Position numbers and translations under genes: made by a program
Assembly: GCA_977017575.1 (NCBI GenBank)
Contig: CDRNVI010000062.1
Coordinates: 62,001-126,000, forward strand
Length of the DNA: 64,000 nt
Source of the DNA: Paramoeba atlantica
Lineage: Eukaryota; Protista; Discosea
Direction of reading: 5' to 3'
Notes under the pieces: generated by a model
The model's input: only the letters and a program-made list of their open reading frames with translations
Told to the model about the DNA's origin: nothing
The model's database searches: none
Part shown: in pieces, positions 55,354 through 64,000 of the stretch
How the letters are laid out: each line of letters opens with the position of its first letter
Numbering within the stretch: position 1 is the stretch's first letter

Positions 55354-55737
55354 TGAGGGGCTGTATGTTGACCCGTAAAACAGCAAAAAAAAGAGCCTTG
55401 GAAAATATGAACCTTGGAAAAAACAGTAAAATAGAGGAAAAAGCGAATCTAAAAGTTGTATAGTACCCTGAGTGTCCTCCACCATTTGTAGTACTTTTTT
55501 GGGTCTTTTTGGAACTGAATAATTGAGTTCATAACTATTTTTATAACTTTTTGAGGACATCTTTTTAAGGCCTTAATGCTTTTTATATAGCCTCTATAAG
55601 GCATTTGTGGTTGTTATAATGTTTTTTATCTCAGGAGAGAACTAGAGAACTAGGAAGAAAAAAGAAACAAAGATATTTGCTAGGGGAACGAGATCTATCA
55701 AACACAATGGAGAGTCTGTAATTAGTATCTGTAGATA

Positions 55738-56502
55738 CAGGGAGTGGCACGAAAATATGGGGGAGGGTCAAAATTTTTATAACTTGTCCAATTTTGAAAA
55801 GTAGCACCGCATTCGAGAGCTCTCGCAGAGTTACGTGTCACCTGATAATGCATTTCCCGTATCCAGGGGGGTAGGCCCCTATGCCAAAGGAGCTGAAAAC
55901 ACCAATTGCAAGTTTCAAAATTTGAAAAATATCTCATTTAATATCCACAATATCCTCCATTTTTTGGTAATGTAATCTTAATACGAGTTGGAACTGTCCT
56001 CAAAGTGTCTAAAAATGATTTTTTCTGTTCTCCTTTCAACAATTCAATCCCAGATGCGATCGCCGATCGCAACTCTGACCGATTTGTGGGGCATAATGAG
56101 CTTTCGTGGGCATCAGTTATCCCACAAATATTTTCTTCATACTTCCTTACTAAAAGTATGTGGTGGGTAACTTTAAGCTGTCCTCGAGGACTGTAACAAT
56201 TCCGATCACGGTGCTGTGCACCCCTGCTATTGAAATAATCCTGTTTCTGTGGGATAACGAGGCGAAAAGGTAAAAAAATAGAAGGAAAATACCTAAAATA
56301 TCGAAAAAATCGAAGAATCTGAAAAAAATTGCAAGTTCCAAAAATGTATTTTTTTGTCCCGAATAAAAACAAATTAAAAACACGGGAAACGCAGTATCAG
56401 GTGACACGTATCTCTGCGAGAGCTCTCGAATGCGGTGCTACTTTCCAAAATTGGACAATTTATACGAATTTTAACCCCCCCATATTTTCGTGCCACCCTC
56501 TG
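55738..56502 (-). mobile_element. Internally deleted Tc1-like element with about 125-bp TIRs
   Basis: TA|CAG termini; Tc1 C-terminal relic PTNRSELRSAI..TVPTRIK..NGGYCGY*. Confidence 0.8.
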
Positions 56503-57947
56503 TATGTGCGGGTTTCTGTGAGTCGCTGTGGGCTGCTGTGGTTCGCTGCGAGTACTTTTTTTCGTCGGAAGACCCCGAAAGACTGGAAGAGGGACTTCAA
56601 AAGATTGGTGATGCTCAATGGCCAAAAAAAAGAAAGCTGACCATATCTAGAAAAAGTGTCCAGCTGGCCACTTTTTCAAGGGCGAACTCGCCGTGAAAAA
56701 TCATGCCTTTTTTTGTTTCATTTGCTATGCCGTCGGCTACTGAAATGCGTTTCAAAAAGATGGTTCTGGAAGTTAGTTTGGGACCTGAGAAATATTCCAC
56801 AAGCCTTCAAAAAGCTGTGGTCTGTCAATTTGGGGAACATAATCAAGCATCTTCTCGTTTTTTTTGGATTGTAAATGCCCGCATTCCGAGTCGTGTTTTT
56901 GGTAAAAGGGTTCTAAAAACTGCTGACTGCACTCGATTCTTTTCATGTTTGGGGAATTACAGAGACTGATTCATGATCAATATCTCTGTTTTCAAAATTT
57001 CGATAAAAATCGTTTTTATGCTCGCTTTATGCCCATTTTGGGCTCGCGGAATTTATCTTAGTACAGTCCCGTTCCGGCCATATTGCAGGAGTTCTCTGGA
57101 GAGTGCGCCATGAAGATTGATAAAATAAGTGGTGTAAAAGTGATATTTGGAGGAAGAGGTTTAGTAGAAAAATATTCTAAAGACGGCAGCTGTTGAAATA
57201 TAAATGCATAAATGCAGTCAAAAATACCAAAATGGAATGGAAAAGAAAGAGACACCTTCTGATGAGGAACGAAAAAAAGCGCGTTAGATACTCATCGCAT
57301 CTCCCCCAATAAAATACCGGTGAAACGGTTATTAAGGATAAAAGTAATTAAGGCAGAACGGATTTAAAAATTTATTATTGCCTTAATTAAAGTGGCGCTG
57401 ATAAAAGCCCAAAACAGTTCTTATTTAAATATTGTCGTTTGTAGCATAAATATCACATTTCTGCTAAAAGTGTTCAATTTCTGATCATTTTGCATGTTTT
57501 TCGAACTTTTCTAGACGAGCTTCGCATGTTTCGCCTACCTTTACGGTCTTCAACCAGTTCAACGTGTGAGAGAAAAGCTAAAACGATCATTGAAAGGAGA
57601 AGTCCGAGACGGAATCATGAAATTATTTTTTCCCCCAAAATGACAAAAAATTAATTATTGCCTTAATTAAAGCTGCCTTTAATTAAAGTTGCCTTAATTT
57701 TAATTACCCTTAATTGAAGTTTCTACGGTAATTTTTCCGCTAATTAATATTCCGTTAACTTTTATTCCCATGATTATTATTCGGTCAATAAGTACTTTGA
57801 CGGCATTTTTGACAAATTTAGACAAATTGCCCTATTGGAAGGAGAATCGCGCATGAGCCTATTAAATAGGGGGGATAGTATTTGTAAAAGGGACAGTAGT
57901 TATTTCCAAACCTTTCGCTTCTTATGACTCCGAAAAAAGTGATACAG

Positions 57948-58451
57948 TTACTTTCTTTGTTCCACCAGCTTTTCAATGAGTGCGTTACCCTTCTTACGGA
58001 ATTGTGCTGCCTCAACTGAAAGTGCCTTGCGTTGAGCGGCTGACAACTTCTGGTATTTGGCAGATACTTTCTTTACCGCAACTCGGAATAGCACCTTTCG
58101 ATCTTTGCAGTTTTTCTTTTCCGCATTGTATATCGCTGGCATGTTACGCTGCACGAACAAACTATAAGGATGACATTTAGCACTTTGAACTTGAGCTTTC
58201 AGTGAATGTTTTCGCTTCATATTCTCGGCAGCAATCTTACTGTAGGACTGGACCTGAGCTGGAGATAACTTTTTAAAAGCGGCATGTGCTCCGGCGAGAT
58301 CTGAGAATCCCTTTTTACCTTTGAAAAACTTTGACATAAATACACGCAGTGCACTTGTCGGGGCTGATTTTCCAGCCCACGGCTTATTGATAACTTTACG
58401 ACGAAGCTTTGCGATGTTCTTGGCGAGGTTTGGAAGCGCACGAGAAAACAT
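57948..58451 (-). CDS. KAP/ABF2-like HMG protein, copy 4, 167 aa
   Basis: intact from MFSRALPNLAKNIAKLRR (ATG at 58451). Confidence 0.75.
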   Translation of the reverse strand: MFSRALPNLAKNIAKLRRKVINKPWAGKSAPTSALRVFMSKFFKGKKGFSDLAGAHAAFKKLSPAQVQSYSKIAAENMKRKHSLKAQVQSAKCHPYSLFVQRNMPAIYNAEKKNCKDRKVLFRVAVKKVSAKYQKLSAAQRKALSVEAAQFRKKGNALIEKLVEQRK

Positions 58452-58640
58452 TAGAGATAGAAAGACAGGGAGCAAGCTAAATAACCCAGTATAGCGTAGA
58501 ATACCATTATCCGGAGGGATTGAACGAATAATACACACTTTTTTTTTGTGATTTCTTGAGTGACTTGTATGAAATGTTAACATTATTTGTTCGTTTTTCT
58601 AGAAACAAATGACTAGCACTACCTTTTCTCTGGCTCTTGA

Positions 58641-59175
58641 ATGAACTACACGGGTTGTCCCCATTTTGAATGCGCTTTGCTAATTAGCCTGAGATCATTA
58701 GATTCTGCCACAGAAGAGGATTGCATATTACGGTTAAGAAACTATAAACTTGTTGTGCAGAAAGTTTCCTGTGAGCATAGGTATGAAAGAATGTCGTGTA
58801 TTCTCAAGGGCGATAAGTTTCACTGCCCCGTACGCTCGTACCGCAAGTTAATGTCACAGAATGGCCCCTTCAAACATTTAAAGACCAAAGTTTCTGCCAA
58901 GCAAATTTTTATTGGGATTGTATCATTCTCATATAGCATGCTCCGCACTGAAGTAGCAAAGGAAGAAGAAGTTTCTCAAAGAACCGCAGTCTTCCAACGC
59001 CGGACCATCGAAAAGGCACTGCCAGAAATTCGTCAGACCCGCCAGCGGGATGCCCAGAGCACAGTCTTCTTTATGCAAGTTGACGAAACATGGTTCTCAA
59101 AAGTTAACAGCTATCCAAACTGTTCAGACGCTGGTGGAGTGCTCTCGTGGCAACAAGCTGGAAGAGATTCATGTC
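58641..59175 (+). pseudogene. Merlin/ISXO2 transposase 5' portion truncated by a hAT-like insertion
   Basis: MNYTGCPHFEC start resembles 38644 MDCSGCRTFAC; GPF; MQVDETWFSK. Confidence 0.65.
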
Positions 59176-60794
59176 CATAGTGGCAGTTAATAATTATTAC
59201 AATAGAAATTATTAATAATTTTTGTTTTAAAAAAATCCTAATTATCAATAATTATTAATAATTCTTCAATGGTACTTAAAAAGCTCAAATTTGAGGCAGT
59301 CTTTGGGAAAAAATGTATCTAAGGGGAGCAAATTTCACTTTCTTTCGGACTGACACCATGTTTGGCAGCTGACCTAAGGAGGGTATGGTGAAAGACGGGG
59401 AATTGTCCGATTGTGTGCATCAAACAGGGGTCCTTAACACGTCCAAAACTTTATTGTAATCCTTTTATGGTACTGTCCCCCCCCACTTAAGCGCAACCAG
59501 GTTTTGGCCTAAAATTGCGCATAAGTAGCCGGGTCAAAAAAAGGGGTGAAATTTTTTTTTGCTTCAATCATGAGTTATATACGCGGGGTGCCCTTGGGGA
59601 CTGCTTTTTATATACTATCCTCCCTATCCTAGCGTCCCCTTGCTGGGAGGAAATGCAACGCTAGGAGGGGGGGGGCAAAAACTGGGGCCGAAGAATTGCT
59701 AAGCTGAAAATGTTGTGGGATTACTGAGGAAGATTTTCAAAAAAATCGCTGTTTAGAGTACATTTTTACCATAGCTTCGCAGCAAGAGACAGTCTAGAAA
59801 GCAACGCTAATGAGGGGGGCTACCGAGGCAACGATAGGATAGGGGGGATAGTACTGTACCCCCCTAGTTATCTGTCACAACTTTTCGTGGAAAGGTGACA
59901 AATAAGTAGGGGGGTAAATTTCATTTTAAGATTTTTTTGGAAAACAATAGCTATGAAAGTGACAGATAACTAGGGGGAGTAATTGACGAAAAAAAATTGA
60001 AGGACCGAAAAGTGGCAGATAACTAGGGGGGTGACGTGTGAGAGATAACTAGGGAGGAGGTACAGTACTTCACTTGTATGGTTACTTATGCCCGCGAATG
60101 ACCACATCACGGGGTGAGTGGCTTTTTTGCGAGCACCCGATCAATTGTAGGAAAAGAACGGACTTTTAAGAGCATGGGTCCGAAATATAAATTAAAGTTT
60201 AGTTTTTCATGCACTTGTAGTGCAGTTACCCACGTTGTCTTTACCCGCCCCACATCTAGGCGGTGCCGCACGCTGGTGCGCTGATCATTTCAAAAGCGTA
60301 CAGTACGTGGCAGGAGAGTTCCTCTGATGTACAGTACAGTATAGTATGCAACTAGCCGTACAGATCGGTGGAGGTCAGTGTGGATCAGAAGAGATCGCTG
60401 GAGATCGATGATCATTTTTGAACACCCAAAGGGACTACCTGCAGACTCTCCATTTCAACAGCGGCGAAAATTGGTACAAAAATTCGTACCACAAAAAAAA
60501 TATCCCGCCGCTTTGCGGCGCTGTTCTTCTGAACGATGTGTCAAAGTTGCGCTTAAGTGGCCGGGTCAAACGGTTGCGCATAAGTAGGGGGGGACAGTAC
60601 TGTAAACGTAGTATAAATGGTTGCACTGAAAGTGCATATCAAGCTCTCCTTGGTACCATATTGTCTGACTGAACCTTAATTTTTCACGCTCAGGGTATCG
60701 TTCAGAGCATCTTAATAATTATTAATAATCGCTAATAATTCTTTAATAATTATTATTATTAAAGCCTAAAATTATTAATAATTCTGCCACTATG
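59176..60794. mobile_element. hAT-like element (CATAGTGGCAG TIR, 8-bp TSD) containing nested TA-MITEs at 59473-60597, 59615-59851 and 59854-60065
   Basis: TTCATGTC duplicated at 59168-59175 and 60795-60802; each nested element has its own TIR pair. Confidence 0.85.
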
Positions 60795-60892
60795 TTCATG
60801 TCACGCCAGTATACCCCAAAAAAGTAAAGTATGCACCAAAAAAGCTAAGAATACTTAATCCTTCCCATCGAGACTATGTGTAACTCCTCGCG

Positions 60893-61884
60893 CAATCCAA
60901 TCCAATCCAAAATACCGACAAAGTCGGCTAAAACACTTAGCACTTTCACATTAAACATTTCCATCTCTATCGCCTCCAAATTCAGAGTTTTTGTGCCTCC
61001 AAGACTAGAGCACACAAACAGCATAAAGTAATGGAATATAAAACTTCCTCAAGGCATATTCCAGAACACGTACGGAGATACACAACAAGCACTCACACTT
61101 ACTTTGGTGTCCCCCTTCCACCGTCAGTTCTCGTAGCTTTCTGGCGAATTTAGGTTTGGGGAATGGAACGCTAGATTCTTCAATTAATTGTAGCTCTTTA
61201 TAACTCTTGTTCTTGATAGCTGTGGCTTTCAATGTTTTCCATTTTTTTGTAGTAGCACGTTCGTAGTCAACCACTGGCTCAAGTGAAAGTTTTAGCTTTT
61301 CGGTGAGACGAAACCAATGTTCTCGATCTGTAGCATAAACCAATGTCTCTTCTAAAGTTATACCCAATACATGCTTCGCTTGGAGAAGGACGTCTCGAAT
61401 TAGATTTATGTCTCCATTGCACCAGCTCTCGATAGTTCGGAGAATGTCTCAGCATGTGTCCGGTAAGTTTGGCTCTCTGAACTTTGTGAGTAGTGGAAAA
61501 TCGTGATGTATTTACGTAGAGAGAGTCTGTAGGATAACAAAAACCATACTCGTCCAATTTGTTGCACTGAGATGCAATTCTTCCCATCGTATTAATTTCG
61601 ACATCAATCGAACGCAACATTTTTTGAGAAATGTACAATGCGCCCGAACCAAAGTTCAGAATAGGGTATATAAGCACGTCGTATAGTCTGAGTTTAAGAT
61701 GAGAGCTTAAGGATGAAATCCATATTCCTCGCATGCGGGCAAATGAGGACCAGGCAAGTTTCAAACGATCTTTGATTGTAGATGATGTTTCATTGTCGTG
61801 AAGATGCCCTAGATGTCGATACGAATCTACTCTAGGTACCGTTTCCAGTTCTTTTGTCTGGAGATTCTTATTCTCCTCGCGCAC
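60893..61884 (-). mobile_element. 3' fragment of an RTE-like LINE with a (GGATT)n tail
   Basis: VDSYRHLG..RLKLAWSSF..KLRLYDVLIYPILNFG thumb region; CAATC x3 at 60893-60910. Confidence 0.7.
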
Positions 61885-61886
61885 GC

Positions 61887-62120
61887 GGATCTACACCGAT
61901 GGGGCCAGGCACAACAACGCGCTTGAAGGACGTTATCCGTGGGATTCGGTGATACATCGCAATGAGTGGGTAAGTGCGTCCGGTGTGCACATGAACACCG
62001 TAGAAAGTGCCGGTGGCATGCTAAAGAAAACTTTGACCCGATGTGGTGGTTAACTTGGTAGAAACAGCGAAAGCCAGGAAGAGCGCTTATGCTTCCCTCT
62101 CGGAGTTACGATGCTCTAAC
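61887..62120 (+). pseudogene. Merlin/ISXO2 transposase C-terminal fragment
   Basis: manual translation IYTDGA..SVIHRNEWV..GVHMNTVES..LKK. Confidence 0.75.
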
Positions 62121-62499
62121 ACTGCTAAACCGGTCCAAAGACCGGGGCCACATTTCATTAGTGATTGTGGAAATGGTGATGGAAGCAGCGACTGCTTTCC
62201 GAAGCTGTAGATCGGTATAACGAAATGGGAGGAGGGGTGTTTCGGAATGAAATGTGGTCCTGGGCAGTCCGGATAACAGGGTTAGAGCATCGTAACTACG
62301 AGAGGGAAGTTTTGCTTCCCGACCACTATCAAGGAGGAGGGAAGCCTACTTCCCGGAAGTGGGTGAAGTATGCTCCATGGCAGTGAGTCTCAGTGGGGAG
62401 ATAACTTTTTGAATTAGTGAAATGGTCTACACCTGGATTATATCAACAGTAGTTCGCGTTCAAGAAAATAGATTGAACTGCACGTTGGGGAGTACACTA

Positions 62500-62813
62500 C
62501 CGTATACCCCCCAGTAATAGCCCCCCCCAGTAACAGAGATTTGACCATTTTTAGACTGACTCCTAGTAACAGAGATTTGGTTCGGGAGGGTGGGTGGAGG
62601 GGGGAGGGGGTGTTTGAGCGGGTGGGGGTCGCTGGGCTGGGTGAAGGTGGCTGCATGGAAGCGAATGGCGTAGTTGCGGGGTTGTCTGGACAGAAAATCA
62701 ATGCACCCATGAACAAAAAAGGTCTTTTCCCACCAAAAAAGCATACCCCCCAAGTAACAGAGATTTGGCCATTTGGGTCCAAAATCGATTCTATTACTGG
62801 GGGGGGTATACGG
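62500..62813. mobile_element. Solo MITE of about 310 bp (TA|CCGTATACCCCCCAGTAATAG)
   Basis: near-perfect TIR, TA on both sides. Confidence 0.85.
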
Positions 62814-62815
62814 TA

Positions 62816-63110
62816 GTATGGTTTGGTATGGCCACTGAGTAAGATTGGATGAACTCCAGAGTAGCGAGTACACTAGCATGGTTTGGTATGGCCACTGAGT
62901 GAGGTTGAGTGAACGCCACAGTTGCGAGTATACTAGTATGGTTTGGCATGGTCACTGAGTATGGTTTGGTGAACTCCACAGTAGGGGACACACTAGTATG
63001 GTTTGGTATGGCCACTAAGGTTGGGTGAACTCCACAGCAGCGAGTACACTGTAGTATGGTTGCTGACTATGGTTACAATAGTCCAGTATTATTACTGTGG
63101 TATGGCTACT
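62816..63110 (+). repeat. Minisatellite of about 60 bp, 4-5 units
   Basis: unit GTATGGTTTGGTATGGCCACTGAGT..GAACTCCACAGTAGCGAGTACACTA. Confidence 0.9.
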
Positions 63111-63684
63111 GAGGAAGGTTGAGTTAATTATAGTATGGTTTGTGTGGTCAGTCAGTAGGTGCCCATCCATTCAATTTTGTTTAACTTCAAGTTAGATTCG
63201 TGTGACTCTCACGTTTAGATACGGATCCTTAGATCCCCCAAAATACGATGTATGAGAGCTGGCGAACTATCCTTTGTCTCATTTGTAACATTTTAATGAA
63301 GTAAAAGATGGTAATCGCAATTTTGTGGTGCCTTTCTATTCTCGTTCTACTGTTTTAACGCACACGTCAACCACGTGTTTTGATTCTTTAAGTGAAACTT
63401 CTTCAACTAACGAACGTTACTCTCCCGAAGACGCGTACATGCAGCTTTGCTCTATGAAACGCGTGGGTGTAGAAGTGAGGAATAGGATTATCAGTGTTCT
63501 TCCTGCGGCCGTCTTTTTTGTGAAAGGAAAAATGATGCTCGAGCCTATACTGGCTGGAAATGGTAAAACTGCAACCGGTGCACAAAAAATTGAAAAGGCT
63601 TTTCAGGCTCTTCGATGCGGTAATTTTGATGCGGGTGAAGTCCCCGACACGGTGCTTGTTGCACTCCGAACGCATTATGTGATC

Positions 63685-64000
63685 ATGAGTAGACTATCAT
63701 CAAAAGACGAAAATGTTACCAAAAGAGGGGCTGAAGGACAAGCTGTCTCGAACGAGCGTGGGGGGAAAGGTATCAAGGGATCCATGAGTCCTCTAATTTG
63801 TAAGGCTGCAAAGCCAATTTGCGGGCCATTGATACATCAATGCCTGACAAATCAAGGATTTCAAACGGGGGGCTGGATGACTCCAGAACTAATAGCTGAA
63901 GTTCGGGCTGCAATAGGAAAAACCCCATACATGCGTTACTACGCGAATTTGATTGCTCAACTGCCTGCTGGGACAACGATTACGGGTACCGAAGACGAAG
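63685..64000 (+). CDS. Possible ORF running off the window end
   Basis: manual translation MSRLSSKDEN..GWMTPELIAEVRAAIGKTPYMRYYANLIAQLP, open to 64000; no recognised motif. Confidence 0.35.
   Translation, partial: MSRLSSKDENVTKRGAEGQAVSNERGGKGIKGSMSPLICKAAKPICGPLIHQCLTNQGFQTGGWMTPELIAEVRAAIGKTPYMRYYANLIAQLPAGTTITGTEDE

Noticed and set aside
57259-57275. Hammerhead ribozyme core (CTGATGAG..GAAA)
   Set aside because: No flanking stems; chance match
1-64000. tRNA, rRNA or telomeric repeat tracts
   Set aside because: None recognised by eye; tRNAscan/Infernal would be needed to exclude divergent ones

Overview
Intronless eukaryotic nuclear DNA, most likely a kinetoplastid and probably Perkinsela-like (inference, no database search). 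Support: spliced-leader (SL)-like sequence, a mitochondrial family-A DNA polymerase, KAP-like HMG proteins, a secreted-type LRR family, polypyrimidine tracts before ATGs, and all host genes co-oriented on the minus strand as in a polycistronic unit. Host genes: Pol I-like, RPS20, an RPA1-like OB-fold protein, mitochondrial phosphate carrier, NSUN2/Trm4, six LRR copies and four KAP-like HMG paralogues. These sit in a dense transposon landscape: Tc1/mariner relics and many TA-flanked MITEs, hAT-like elements with 8-bp TSDs, Merlin/ISXO2 transposases, an intact ISL2EU/Harbinger-type element, a VIPER/TATE-like YR-RT relic, and RTE and CRE-like LINE relics. Best candidate novel systems: (1) intact kDNA-packaging (KAP-like) genes repeatedly linked to Merlin transposases, one copy inside a long-TIR element; (2) a two-gene ISL2EU-like transposon with an unrecognised conserved accessory protein that lands next to its own TIR motif; (3) SL-exon-joined retro-insertions, one encoding C4 zinc fingers and a 2A-like motif, another interrupting an LRR gene at an SL-like microhomology.
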